IMG/VR virus record: IMGVR_UViG_3300033434_000393
Span: 1 to 53,289 of that record
Reading direction: 5' to 3' (one strand)
DNA length: 53,289 nucleotides
DNA from: a virus
Taxonomy: Duplodnaviria; Caudoviricetes
Position numbers and translations under genes: made by a program. This document shows positions 8,709 through 18,772 of the stretch, piece after piece. Position 1 is the first letter of the stretch; every line of letters starts with the position of its first letter. Under the pieces are notes generated by a model. It ran no database searches. It saw only the letters and a list, made by a program, of their open reading frames with translations, and had not been told where the DNA came from.

Positions 8709-9140
8709 ATGGCGAAAAAAAAAGAAAAAAAAATTGCTATAAAACCTTTGCAAAATAATACTAAATGTTTAGATAAAAAAGGTTTGGATAGTATTGAATA
8801 TCCTCTATTTTGCTTTCAATATCTTCAAGATGATTCTATCAAGAAATGTAGAGATAGTGAATTCCTTTATAACTTTTTAATGAGATTGAAGAAGTTATCT
8901 GAAATAGGATGGAAAGAAATTTATATATCTCCAAAACATTCATTTGGAACAGAAAAGATCCCTGTTAAACAAATAAAACCTCAATTGCCACCTTCTATAA
9001 CCCCTGATATTACAGAATTAACGGTTTTTAGAGCTAGTGGAGATAACAGACCATTTTTGGGTTTTCGAACAGAAAATGTTTTCCACGTTGTTTTTATAGA
9101 AGCTGCCATTAACGATATCTATGATCATGGGTCAAAGTAG
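8709..9140 (+). CDS. Putative toxin of the Panacea pair (RelE-like/MAG6450-like)
   Basis: Abuts the antitoxin; FCFQYL...LSEIGW...GTEKIP...FR...GFR..NVFHVVFI pattern. Confidence 0.6.
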   Translation: MAKKKEKKIAIKPLQNNTKCLDKKGLDSIEYPLFCFQYLQDDSIKKCRDSEFLYNFLMRLKKLSEIGWKEIYISPKHSFGTEKIPVKQIKPQLPPSITPDITELTVFRASGDNRPFLGFRTENVFHVVFIEAAINDIYDHGSK

Positions 9141-9260
9141 CGAAGTTGGGCTAAAATATAATTATCTGTAACGAAATATAGATATATTCATCATTATTAG
9201 TGCCCTTATCGGCATGTCCCGACATACTGCACTTTAAAACGTATAAAAAAAGCCTTCCTT

Positions 9261-9271
9261 TTTATATTTTA
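9261..9271 (+). promoter_or_regulatory. Putative late promoter, copy 1
   Basis: TTTATATTTTA starting 23 nt before ATG 9284. Confidence 0.65.
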
Positions 9272-9283
9272 CGATAAAAAGGC

Positions 9284-10693
9284 ATGGAAGATATAAAGCT
9301 GGATCCAAAGAACTTTCGCATTCATAACGACCGGAACAAAAATATTATTCGTAAGAGTCTAGAAGATTGTGGTGCCGGTCGTTCTGTACTGATAGATAAA
9401 GAAAATTACCTGATAGCCGGCAACGGCGTCTACGAAGAAGCAAAGTCATTAGGTATACCGGTACGAGTTATTGAAACTAACGGGAAAGAATTAGTTGTTG
9501 TAAAACGTACAGACCTCTCCCTTGACGATAATCGGCGTAAACTCCTCGCACTTGCAGATAACCATGCTTCCGATACTTCCGAATTTGATATGAACTTGGT
9601 TATAGAGAATTTCTCTGAAGACATATTAAAAGATTGGGAGTTCTCTTTAGATGATATTGACTTCGGAGATGAATTACCCGCTTCCACATCAAAACCGAAT
9701 AATCTTGCTGAAAGATTTATCATTCCTCCTTTTTCCATCCTGGATACAAAACTGGGAAGATGGCAGGAGCGCAAACGAGATTGGCTATCTCTAGGAATCA
9801 AAAGTGAAGAGGGACGAGATAAAGAAATTACCTACTCACACTCGGCCCAAAATCCTGCTATTTATGAAGTACGCAACAGAATGCGTGAAAAGCTTGGTTA
9901 TGATCCGTCCTGGGATGAAATAACAGAGTATTGCCAAAAGCACAATATCTCCATGCTGGATGGCACGTCTGTCTTCGATCCTGTTCTTTGCGAGCTTGCC
10001 TACCGTTGGTTTAATATTTCTGAAGGGATTGTTCTTGATCCTTTTGCCGGTGGTTCCGTACGTGGTATCGTTGCCTCTAAATTGAGATATTGCTATAGAG
10101 GCGTTGATCTTCGTGCTGAGCAGGTTGAGGCGAACTATAAAAATGCTAAGGAAGTATTGCAACATAAATTAGGCTATTCTCCAATAGACCCGGCATGGAG
10201 ATGTGGTGACAGTTGCGATGTGGATAAACATTTTGAAGGATTGAAAGCTGATTTGATCTTTAGTTGCCCGCCTTATGCTGACCTCGAGGTTTATTCAGAC
10301 GATCCGAAAGATCTGTCAAATATGAACTATGGAGATTTTCTTACTGCGTATCGGAAGATCATTCTAAAAAGCTGTGCTATGCTTCGTGATAATCGTTTCG
10401 CCATATTTGTAGTTGGTGAAGTACGAGCAAAGAATGGAGCATATTATAATTTCGTCGGTGATACGATAAGTGCCTTCATAGAAGCGGGGTTACATTATTA
10501 CGATGAAATGATACTAGCTACTCAGATAGGCTCTTTAGCTATGCGTGCAGGCAATCAATTCAACCATTCCCGGAAGATAGGAAAGACGCACCAGAATGTT
10601 CTTGTGTTCTTCAAAGGAGATATGAAACAGATTCCTTCATTATACCCAGAGCTTGATTTACGTGAAGAAGATTTAATTGGAGAAGATATTTAA
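9284..10693 (+). CDS. ParB-like N-terminal domain fused to an amino-DNA methyltransferase
   Basis: IAGNG...LADN ParB-like region; DPFAGGS (motif I) and SCPPY (motif IV). Confidence 0.85.
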   Translation: MEDIKLDPKNFRIHNDRNKNIIRKSLEDCGAGRSVLIDKENYLIAGNGVYEEAKSLGIPVRVIETNGKELVVVKRTDLSLDDNRRKLLALADNHASDTSEFDMNLVIENFSEDILKDWEFSLDDIDFGDELPASTSKPNNLAERFIIPPFSILDTKLGRWQERKRDWLSLGIKSEEGRDKEITYSHSAQNPAIYEVRNRMREKLGYDPSWDEITEYCQKHNISMLDGTSVFDPVLCELAYRWFNISEGIVLDPFAGGSVRGIVASKLRYCYRGVDLRAEQVEANYKNAKEVLQHKLGYSPIDPAWRCGDSCDVDKHFEGLKADLIFSCPPYADLEVYSDDPKDLSNMNYGDFLTAYRKIILKSCAMLRDNRFAIFVVGEVRAKNGAYYNFVGDTISAFIEAGLHYYDEMILATQIGSLAMRAGNQFNHSRKIGKTHQNVLVFFKGDMKQIPSLYPELDLREEDLIGEDI

Positions 10694-10853
10694 CGCAAAC
10701 TTGTGTGAGATGGAACCCTGAAAGAATATGAAGGGCAATCGCGATGCTTGGATGTTTTTCTTCGAAGTACAAGAAGATAGGGGTTCCTTGGATTTAACAA
10801 CTAGCTTTGTCGGCATGAAATAAAACTATGCCGGCATGCAAACAATAACATTT

Positions 10854-11051
10854 ATGATTTACAAAGAAGTACTTGAAAAGAGACTGATTCGCAAGAAAGA
10901 GCAGCCGGTCAATTTAGAAGGAATGGTGAACAGCGGGACCGAGGTTGCCGGGGTTGATAAGCGCAAATACATTGAACTAAAGGCCGCAGTCAATGAATTA
11001 GAGAATTGTGTTGATATTGCGGAATCAATGATGAAATTAGAAGGAGATTAA
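10854..11051 (+). CDS. Hypothetical coiled-coil protein (65 aa)
   Basis: TAGCTTTG promoter-like box at 10802 followed by a short hairpin; start could be 10836. Confidence 0.55.
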   Translation: MIYKEVLEKRLIRKKEQPVNLEGMVNSGTEVAGVDKRKYIELKAAVNELENCVDIAESMMKLEGD

Positions 11052-11821
11052 CATCTTCCACAGTTTTTTTTTCTTTTCTTTTTCCTTTCATCAAGTGATT
11101 TTATGAATTTTATATTTTTTAAAACCTTAATTGCAGCTTTTGATTCAATCAATTTTAGTACTTCATTTATATCCACTTCGGAATCAATCTCTGCAGGAAA
11201 TTTGCCTTTTTTCTTCCTTATGAGTATATTCATCACCGATGGTGGTAGCTCCGAAAATGGAATAGATATTTGTTCTTGACTATCGGTTAGCGGTAAATAT
11301 GAATATTGAGCCTGAACTATATTCTCTTCCCATAATTTCGCTTCATAGCTATATAAGGTATTTTTATGGGGAGCTTTTTCTCCTTCAAACGGAAATTTGA
11401 AGTGCCTTTCCCAAAGATCTGAGTTTGTACTATTTTTTATTGTAAGATATTTTAGGGGAATATCTTGCGAGTGTAATGGAGATTTTATGCCCCATTCTAA
11501 TACAGAATCAATAACAAAAACTGTATCTACGGTCAAAAATCCTCTATCCGCATCAGGACCACTAATAAAAATAAGTTTGGATTCAGGCTGCAAATAATAA
11601 CCTTTTCTCGAACTTCTTTTTAATTGTGAAGCATGACAATATGAATATATCCATGGGTTATTAAAAACGAAAGGATCTTCATTCCCGTCATGAACATCAT
11701 CTACAAAGATTTGCCCTTCCCAATCATGGATGATTTTGCTATTATTATACATAACCGTTGCTAATGCTTTTACCTTTTCTCTTTTAGGGTGAAAGATGAT
11801 GTAGTTTGTTGCTTTTTTCAT
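11048..11821 (-). CDS. Moron, hypothetical protein (possible Nmad-like nucleotide-modification-associated domain)
   Basis: AT-rich, opposite strand, own TAACTTTG box (11857-11850); EDP...WIYSYCH motif. Confidence 0.55.
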   Translation of the reverse strand: MKKATNYIIFHPKREKVKALATVMYNNSKIIHDWEGQIFVDDVHDGNEDPFVFNNPWIYSYCHASQLKRSSRKGYYLQPESKLIFISGPDADRGFLTVDTVFVIDSVLEWGIKSPLHSQDIPLKYLTIKNSTNSDLWERHFKFPFEGEKAPHKNTLYSYEAKLWEENIVQAQYSYLPLTDSQEQISIPFSELPPSVMNILIRKKKGKFPAEIDSEVDINEVLKLIESKAAIKVLKNIKFIKSLDERKKKRKKNCGRC

Positions 11822-11860
11822 AATAATTTTAAATTTAAAGTACGGTAGACAAAGTTATAT

Positions 11861-11871
11861 TTTATATTTTA
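11861..11871 (+). promoter_or_regulatory. Putative late promoter, copy 2
   Basis: TTTATATTTTA starting 22 nt before the terS ATG. Confidence 0.65.
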
Positions 11872-11882
11872 ATAAAAAAGCA

Positions 11883-12383
11883 ATGGCAAAGTATAATAAA
11901 AAGATAGTTGAGGATATCTGTTCGCTCATACGTACCGACAGTTATACTATTGCCGAAATATGCGAAAAGGTAGGAATCGTCAAAGATACATATTACTGTT
12001 GGCTTAAAACAAAATCGGACTTTTCGGACGCTATAAAAAAGGCCGAAGATGAATTTAATGACTTAATAGTTGCTGAGGCTAAGAAATCCCTTGTAAAGAT
12101 GATCCGAGGCTATACAGTCCAAGAAAAGCGAACCGTGACAGCTGATACCGGAAAGAAAGATGATAATGGAAAACCTATTGTCAGAGTAAAGGAACATGTT
12201 GTTGCTGATAAACATTACCAACCGGTTCCGGCAGCCGTAATTTTTGCTCTTACCAATCGTGACCCTGATAACTGGAAGAATAGACAGGAGAATAAAGTAT
12301 CCGGTGAAGTAGGTATTAAAAGCAGTTTGGAAAGTCTGTCTGATGAAGAACTTCAAAAGATTGTGGATGGAGACGCCGACTGA
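11883..12383 (+). CDS. terS: Terminase small subunit
   Basis: N-terminal HTH, AVIFALTNRDPDNW, LSDEEL tail; overlaps terL. Confidence 0.85.
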   Translation: MAKYNKKIVEDICSLIRTDSYTIAEICEKVGIVKDTYYCWLKTKSDFSDAIKKAEDEFNDLIVAEAKKSLVKMIRGYTVQEKRTVTADTGKKDDNGKPIVRVKEHVVADKHYQPVPAAVIFALTNRDPDNWKNRQENKVSGEVGIKSSLESLSDEELQKIVDGDAD

Positions 12384-13833
12384 TAGGGAGATATTAATTC
12401 GTAAGGCAGAAGCTGCAATCATTCTGCGCAAGCGAGAGGCCCGGAATAACTTCTGGGCTTATTGCTTATATATGGATCCGAAGTTCTTTACTAAGCGCCC
12501 ATTTTTAAAACTGGTGGCTGATGCGTTTATGCGGGTTTTTCTTGCTTATTCTAACAATGTGATTTATCGGCTTGCTGTAAGTATGCCACCTCGAGCTGGA
12601 AAATCTTACATAACGTCACTTTTCATTAGTTGGATGTTTGGGCACTTCCCGGAAGAGTCGGTTATGCGTAATACTTGTGCTGATCCGCTATATAATAAAC
12701 TGTCTTATGATACACGTGATATCGTTCGTTCGAGAAAATTCAAAGAGATTTTTCCTGAAATCAAACTAAAGAATGATAAACAGAACGTTCACGGCTGGAG
12801 TATCGAAGGTGCTCGCCAAGTTTCGTATTTCGGTGCGGGTGTTGGTGGAACAGTTATCGGTTTTGGTGCTTCAATGTTGGCCGTAACCGATGACTTGTAT
12901 AAATCATTAGAAGACGCTCTCTCTGACAATAACAACGAGAAGACTTGGAGTTGGAAACAAGGTACCCATGATTCACGTATTGAAGGAAACTGTTGTTCTA
13001 TCGACATTGGTACCCGTTGGTCCGCGACGGATGTGTTAGGCCGTTTGGAAGAGTCTAGGAATGGAAAGTATTACGATGAAATTATTCGTATTGCGGCTTT
13101 GAATGAGAATGATAAATCTTTCTGTGAAGATGTGCACACAACTGAATATTATCATGATCTTCGTTCAGAGACGGAAGATAGTATTTGGATGGCTGAATAT
13201 ATGCAGGAACCGTATGAGGCTAAAGGTTTGCTCTTTCCGAAGTCAGCTCTTAAACGTTTCAAATTAGCAGATGTCAAAGGACGGCAACCTGATGGTAGAA
13301 TTGGAGCAACAGACGTTGCGGATGAAGGAGATGACTATTTCAGCTCACCGTTTGCTGATGTATTTGGTACGGAACTTTATATCACTGACGTTGTATTCAC
13401 AAAAGATGCAGTTGAAATTACTATGCCACGCTTAGCGCAGATGATCTTAGATACTGCATGTGACCAGATGCGTATTGAATCAAATAACGGTGGACGTATC
13501 TTCTCGATCGGTGTCCGTAAAGAAGTACAGGCAAAGGATGGCAAGTGTATCATTCAAGCTCGGCCAACGACCAAGAACAAGGAAACTCGTATCTTGATGA
13601 AGTCGGGTTGGGTAAAAGCGCATATTCATTTCCTTGATGAATCAGAATATGCCAAGGGTTCCGACTATTGGTGGTTCATGAAATATCTCACATCTTACAA
13701 GAAAGAGGGCGACAATAGTCATGATGACGCACCTGACAGCGTAACAATCCTCGCAGAGTTCTTTGAATCACTTGCAGGAAATATTAAGGGTGAGCAGAAA
13801 AGAAAAGTGGCCAGAGGGACGGGGATTAGATAA
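12367..13833 (+). CDS. terL: Terminase large subunit
   Basis: MPPRAGKS Walker A, YMQEP, DVADEGDD and HDDAPDS nuclease motifs. Confidence 0.93.
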   Translation: METPTDREILIRKAEAAIILRKREARNNFWAYCLYMDPKFFTKRPFLKLVADAFMRVFLAYSNNVIYRLAVSMPPRAGKSYITSLFISWMFGHFPEESVMRNTCADPLYNKLSYDTRDIVRSRKFKEIFPEIKLKNDKQNVHGWSIEGARQVSYFGAGVGGTVIGFGASMLAVTDDLYKSLEDALSDNNNEKTWSWKQGTHDSRIEGNCCSIDIGTRWSATDVLGRLEESRNGKYYDEIIRIAALNENDKSFCEDVHTTEYYHDLRSETEDSIWMAEYMQEPYEAKGLLFPKSALKRFKLADVKGRQPDGRIGATDVADEGDDYFSSPFADVFGTELYITDVVFTKDAVEITMPRLAQMILDTACDQMRIESNNGGRIFSIGVRKEVQAKDGKCIIQARPTTKNKETRILMKSGWVKAHIHFLDESEYAKGSDYWWFMKYLTSYKKEGDNSHDDAPDSVTILAEFFESLAGNIKGEQKRKVARGTGIR

Positions 13834-13884
13834 TTTTCATGTTTTTTTTATTCTATAATTAAAATATATTATATATTTGCAATG

Positions 13885-13949
13885 GCACAGATAAAAGTGA
13901 CTCTATAGTAGAGTCGTTGGGAGGTATTCTCCTTTCTGTGCTTTTTTTT
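13885..13949 (+). ncRNA. Three-way-junction leader RNA ending in U8
   Basis: TATATTTG at 13872; outer stem GCACAGA/TCTGTGC, inner hairpins GACTCTA/TAGAGTC and GGAG/CTCC, then T8. Confidence 0.65.
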
Positions 13950-13956
13950 AGTAAAT

Positions 13957-15210
13957 ATGGGTGTTCGTTCTTCATATGTCACTCTAATAAAGGTCATTCC
14001 ATTTGGAGATTCTTTATTTGATGAAAAAATAGTTTATTCAGATAGATTTAAAACTATTTTTAATAACTCTAAATGCCTTTCTTTTTATCAAAAAAATAAG
14101 AAGATAAGTACTTTCCCGAAAATTGATGGCCTTGGATATGTTTGCCTAAATGATGTTGATGCATTATCGTTAAACAGGTATTCTTATGAAAAAGATACTA
14201 AATATAATGATAATGACTTCGATTATTATTATGGCGAAGACGATGACGAATATAGTCATTATGGCCATCCTAATGATTATTATTCATTCTCTCTTTTTGT
14301 AAAAAACAAGTATTCAAAGGATGATCGATTAAATTATTATTTTTTCGAATTGAAAGAGCCACTGATAGTTTCTGCTTATAAAGATGGAATTAAAGCTAAG
14401 GGGAAAATATTTATTCATTTTTATCCATTTGGATGTGTAACTATTATTGCAGCGCTCTCTTTGAAAGGAATAAAAAACTTAAATCAAGAAGAGCTAGAAC
14501 TAAGCATCTCAAAAATTAGTCCTAATAAAATAAAGCAAGAATGGGAATGGAGATGTAAGTGGGGTAATATGTCATTGAGTGATATAATATGGAATGTAGA
14601 AAAAAGATTGAATACTTCCCTGTTTTTAAACAATTATAAGCTTGATCTAACATCAAAATGGGATAAAGCGTATTCTTATACATTGATAGATAAAAAAAAG
14701 GAGGATGCAAATTATGGATACAATGAAAATTGCACAAAAGTTTTTATAAATAACAAATTAGTGCTTAAGAATGAACTTACGGAATCTCCAGATGATTGGC
14801 ATGTCAGACAATATCGGCTTAGAACATACTGGAGAATTATAAGATTGCAAGAGTTAGTATTAATAAAAAAAGAATTATATCTTAAATACATCGGTTATTT
14901 AGATTCGGAAATATTAGGAATGAGAGATTATCGTTTAGGTAGTTTGAAATCAAAGTTCTCGCCAGAATATATTAAAAAGACGACTACTTACGATAAACAA
15001 TTAGCAGCTTTTATAAGGTATTTGGATGATGTTATTTTATCATCATCCTCACGGTATAAATTTTTCTATTTTAAAATATGTGATATTTACAATTTAAATA
15101 AATTGCGAGATAGACTTTTAATATCTCAAGAAAAATGGGTCGAAGAATGTAGTAATTTTAAAAACACTTTAATAAAACTTCTTACTAAAATAATTTCGAT
15201 AATTAAATAG
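13957..15210 (+). CDS. AT-rich moron protein of unknown function (417 aa)
   Basis: Long ORF between terL and portal with its own promoter; no family recognised. Confidence 0.7.
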   Translation: MGVRSSYVTLIKVIPFGDSLFDEKIVYSDRFKTIFNNSKCLSFYQKNKKISTFPKIDGLGYVCLNDVDALSLNRYSYEKDTKYNDNDFDYYYGEDDDEYSHYGHPNDYYSFSLFVKNKYSKDDRLNYYFFELKEPLIVSAYKDGIKAKGKIFIHFYPFGCVTIIAALSLKGIKNLNQEELELSISKISPNKIKQEWEWRCKWGNMSLSDIIWNVEKRLNTSLFLNNYKLDLTSKWDKAYSYTLIDKKKEDANYGYNENCTKVFINNKLVLKNELTESPDDWHVRQYRLRTYWRIIRLQELVLIKKELYLKYIGYLDSEILGMRDYRLGSLKSKFSPEYIKKTTTYDKQLAAFIRYLDDVILSSSSRYKFFYFKICDIYNLNKLRDRLLISQEKWVEECSNFKNTLIKLLTKIISIIK

Positions 15211-15249
15211 TCATACTTTTTGTAAAGAATTGGATTATATTCTTTCTTC

Positions 15250-15260
15250 TTTATATTTTA
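15250..15260 (+). promoter_or_regulatory. Putative late promoter, copy 3
   Basis: TTTATATTTTA starting 23 nt before the portal ATG. Confidence 0.65.
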
Positions 15261-15272
15261 AGAGAAAAGAAT

Positions 15273-16757
15273 ATGCCAGACATTTATTCTATTCTCTTAA
15301 AAAACAAAGATAACTTCGGGCATGCTGTTAGTGAGCTGTCTGTTGATACGATTGAGAACCGCACACCAGTAGAGTACAAAGAAGAGTATAACGGTGATCG
15401 TAGGCGTCGTAAATCATCTGTTGGTTGGCGTGAGCCTAAAAGATTGGAAGTCTATTCCGATACGATTGTAGATGCGAAAGGTGATCCAATTCGCCTTGAT
15501 GATAAGATCGTAGATGTTGCCCGTATTGTGACTAACTTTCCAAAGAAAACAGTTCGTACGGCAGCCGCCTTCATGATGGGTGGTAAAATGAACATCACTG
15601 CCGATAATCAGGATGATGGTTTCAATGAGTTTAAAAACGTCTGGACTAAGAAACTCAAAATGCAATCAGTCCTGAAGCGCTTCGCCCGTAAGGTGATGTC
15701 GGAAACGAAAGCCGCCATTATCTTTTACCCTGCAATCTCCGTACATTGGAGTGGTGCCCAAAGCACAACACTTAAATGCAAGATACTTTGTCTCCCCGAT
15801 AAAGATAACGTGCTATATGAATTCTATCCGCATTTCAATGATGATGATGATATGGACGGGTTCATACATCGTTACCAAGTATTGTCTGATGATAATATGG
15901 TCCGTGAACGTGCTGTTATCTGGACAAGAGATAAGATCATAACCGGCATTCAAACATGGGGTGGCTGGGATGTGAAAGAAGTCATAAATCCTTTTGGCCT
16001 TATCCCGGTAGTTTACGCAGAAATAAACTCTCCGGTGTGGGATGAAGTTGCCCCCATGATGGATGCTCGTGAGATGAGGCTGTCTCGTATGGCAGATACG
16101 AATGATTACTTCTCGGAACCAATCCTTAAAACCTTTGGCGAAACAGACTTGCCGGGAAAAAACACCGTTGGAAAAGAACTTTCATTTCCGGTTAAAATTG
16201 ATCAGGACACCGGTAAGGAATATCATGGTGATGCAGATTATCTCGCATGGCAACAGTCTATTGAATCTGTAAAGGAAGAGCTTAGCGAGACACGTAACGA
16301 GCAATTCAGCGGTACATCACAGCCTGATCTCTCATTCGATAACCTAAAGGGCATCGGAAATATATCAGGCGTTGCAAGACGGTTTATGATGATCGATGCA
16401 GAGATCATGGCCAGTGAAAACATGGAGGTGTTCGGTCCGGCAATTCAACGTTGTGTCTCTATCATATCAGCGGGTATCGCTAATATCACCAACATCAAAT
16501 ACCGCCAACAGCTTATTGATAATTGGATTAATGTATCCTTTGAATCTATCCTTCCGAAAGATCCGGCAGAAGATGCAAATGTATTGAGTATTGCGAATGG
16601 TGGCAAGGCATTCAACTCTCAGCAGACGGTTGTTTCTAAGTCTCCTCTTACACCTCCGGGCGATGTTGAGGGAGAGCTTAAACGTATGGAAGAGGACGAG
16701 AAGAAAGAAGCCGATCGAAACAATATGGTTGGACTTACAATGGGAGGTACTTACTAA
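15273..16757 (+). CDS. Portal protein (SPP1 gp6-like)
   Basis: 494 aa; NPFGLIPVVY, SRMADTNDYFSEPIL, ISGVA; position after terminase. Confidence 0.88.
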   Translation: MPDIYSILLKNKDNFGHAVSELSVDTIENRTPVEYKEEYNGDRRRRKSSVGWREPKRLEVYSDTIVDAKGDPIRLDDKIVDVARIVTNFPKKTVRTAAAFMMGGKMNITADNQDDGFNEFKNVWTKKLKMQSVLKRFARKVMSETKAAIIFYPAISVHWSGAQSTTLKCKILCLPDKDNVLYEFYPHFNDDDDMDGFIHRYQVLSDDNMVRERAVIWTRDKIITGIQTWGGWDVKEVINPFGLIPVVYAEINSPVWDEVAPMMDAREMRLSRMADTNDYFSEPILKTFGETDLPGKNTVGKELSFPVKIDQDTGKEYHGDADYLAWQQSIESVKEELSETRNEQFSGTSQPDLSFDNLKGIGNISGVARRFMMIDAEIMASENMEVFGPAIQRCVSIISAGIANITNIKYRQQLIDNWINVSFESILPKDPAEDANVLSIANGGKAFNSQQTVVSKSPLTPPGDVEGELKRMEEDEKKEADRNNMVGLTMGGTY

Positions 16758-17791
16758 TGGCTCAACCATTATCATTCTATGACAGGCAGCATGTGCAGAA
16801 GCTTTTGAAGCAACAGAACGATGTTTCTAAGATCTTTAATCGTTTCTGCATGTCAGTATCACCCGATCTTAAACATTGGAGCGATACGGGAAACAAAAGC
16901 GTATGGGTGCGTAATAGTGCTGTTGAACAAGCTATCGACCGGGAACTTATAAAACTGCAATCCGATCTAACAACTGTAGTTGGCTCATATCAGGATGATG
17001 CTTTCGATAGATCAAATAGGAAGAATGATGATCTCGTCGATTTGTATATTCAGGGCATGGCATTGAACCAGATGTTGAAACAAGGAATGTTTGCCCGCAA
17101 TATGGATGCTCTCGTAAGCTTGCAACAGCGTGTTGACAATGGGATGAATCTCAGCGATAGAGTTTGGAACGTGGCCGATCAGACGAAGACACAACTTGAA
17201 TTCTATCTAAAGAGTGGATTGGGTGCAGGTCGTAGCGCATCGCTTATAAGTCAGGACGTACGACAGTTGCTGAACGAACCGGACAAAAGGTTTCATCGTA
17301 TCAGAAATGATAAAGGTGAGATGGTGCCATCCCGACCAATGAAAGACTACCATCCAGGACGGGGACAATACAGATCATCAAAACAAAATGCTTTGCGTCT
17401 GGCCGCTACCGAGACGAATATCGCTTATAGGCGTACGGATCATGAACGGTGGATAAATCTTGGCTTCATCTTGGGCATAGATATACAACGTTCTCCATCA
17501 GCAAAAGAACCGTGCAAGATATGTGATCCATTAGCCGGGCAATATCCAAAGAGCTTCTTGTTCACCGGTTGGCATCCTTTCTGTATTTGCTTCGCCACTC
17601 CTTTACTTATGAATCCTGAAGAGTTTGCCGATTATCTATTAACCAAGCAGCTACCAGAGAATAAAATCATTCGAGATATCCCTCAGAACGCAAAGGATTA
17701 CATAGAAGATAACTTTGATTCCATCAACGCTTCACAGCCTTATTGGTTACAAGATAACTTCGGAGGAGATGCTTCAAAAGCTTTAATATAA
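16757..17791 (+). CDS. Minor head/head morphogenesis protein (MuF/SPP1 gp7-like)
   Basis: LSDRVW, RLAATETNIAY, CKICD, WHPFCIC motifs. Confidence 0.82.
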   Translation: MAQPLSFYDRQHVQKLLKQQNDVSKIFNRFCMSVSPDLKHWSDTGNKSVWVRNSAVEQAIDRELIKLQSDLTTVVGSYQDDAFDRSNRKNDDLVDLYIQGMALNQMLKQGMFARNMDALVSLQQRVDNGMNLSDRVWNVADQTKTQLEFYLKSGLGAGRSASLISQDVRQLLNEPDKRFHRIRNDKGEMVPSRPMKDYHPGRGQYRSSKQNALRLAATETNIAYRRTDHERWINLGFILGIDIQRSPSAKEPCKICDPLAGQYPKSFLFTGWHPFCICFATPLLMNPEEFADYLLTKQLPENKIIRDIPQNAKDYIEDNFDSINASQPYWLQDNFGGDASKALI

Positions 17792-17857
17792 GCCCGTTAA
17801 GTCTTGGATAAGTAACCTTATCTCCGCAATATTGCATAACCAAAAATGAATAAAGTT

Positions 17858-17977
17858 ATGCAAAATGAGGATTTATTGGAAGCCGCTTTCTGTTCGGGAT
17901 ACGAGCCGGAAGATGACATTACTTGGGAACAATTACTGTATGAAGCAAGGCAATGGATAACAGACCTTACAAAGTAA
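17858..17977 (+). CDS. Small acidic protein (39 aa), absent from the ORF track
   Basis: MQNEDLLEAAFCSGYEPEDDITWEQLLYEARQWITDLTK, followed by a terminator; alternative start at 17846. Confidence 0.5.
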   Translation: MQNEDLLEAAFCSGYEPEDDITWEQLLYEARQWITDLTK

Positions 17978-17982
17978 ATCAG

Positions 17983-18008
17983 AGCAGCTGTAACAGGCTG
18001 CTTTTTTT
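17983..18008 (+). terminator. Intrinsic terminator
   Basis: AGCAGC-loop-GCTGCT followed by a T run. Confidence 0.75.
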
Positions 18009-18029
18009 GTGCGAAAAAGTTTCCCTGTC

Positions 18030-18040
18030 TTTATATTTTA
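18030..18040 (+). promoter_or_regulatory. Putative late promoter, copy 4
   Basis: TTTATATTTTA just after the terminator, 42 nt before the scaffold ATG. Confidence 0.65.
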
Positions 18041-18071
18041 AAGGAAAAAGTATCAATCAAAAAACATTGTT

Positions 18072-18749
18072 ATGACAATCCTGGAATTAATACAAGCTGA
18101 ATGCCGAGCTAAAGGCATAAACGAAAAGCATGCTGAGAGAATTCAGAAGATTTTCAATATCGAAAAAGAAGATGGTATTGGGATGTATGTCTCCATGTTC
18201 AAAGACAATCTGCTTCCTGATATTGAGACTGCTGAAAAGACGAAGGCCGATGCTGAAAAAGCCGCAAGAGAAGCTGCTATTGCTGAGTATGAAAAGGCTC
18301 ACAACCTCAAAGATGGCAAACCTATCGAAGAAGGGGGCGCTCCTGAAGATAAGTTTAAGGGACTGGACCCGACAATCAAACTATTGATTGAAAATCAGAA
18401 TAAGCAGCTGGATGATATGAAAAAGCTTATTGAGGGCAATCAAAAGACTATTGCAACGACAGAGAAAGCAACAAAAGCCAAGTCTCTTGTTTCTGACGCA
18501 AAATTGCCTGTATCATGGTTGGATCGTGTTAATCTTGATTCTGAGATCTCTCTCGAGGATCAAGTGAAAGCACTTGGCGAGGAATATACAAAGATCCAGC
18601 AGACAGCCATTGATGAAAAGGTGGCCAATGGTGAATATCATGTTGGCAGCTTCCAGCCTAAGGACAGATCAGAAGCAGACTGGGCAAAACTGATGGATAG
18701 TGATGTAACCCCCAATAATCCGGGAACGGTAGACTTGGGACTTAAATAA
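18072..18749 (+). CDS. Capsid scaffolding protein
   Basis: Charged helical protein upstream of the decoration and capsid genes. Confidence 0.65.
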   Translation: MTILELIQAECRAKGINEKHAERIQKIFNIEKEDGIGMYVSMFKDNLLPDIETAEKTKADAEKAAREAAIAEYEKAHNLKDGKPIEEGGAPEDKFKGLDPTIKLLIENQNKQLDDMKKLIEGNQKTIATTEKATKAKSLVSDAKLPVSWLDRVNLDSEISLEDQVKALGEEYTKIQQTAIDEKVANGEYHVGSFQPKDRSEADWAKLMDSDVTPNNPGTVDLGLK

Positions 18750-18772
18750 TTAACTCCTAAATATTTTATTCT

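Noticed and set aside
11108-11118. Near-matches to the late motif (TTTATATTTTT here and at 23901)
   Set aside because: They lack the final A and lie inside AT-rich opposite-strand genes
18357-18367. AAGGGACTGGA, one mismatch from the RNA seed
   Set aside because: Inside the scaffold coding sequence with no flanking complementarity; likely chance
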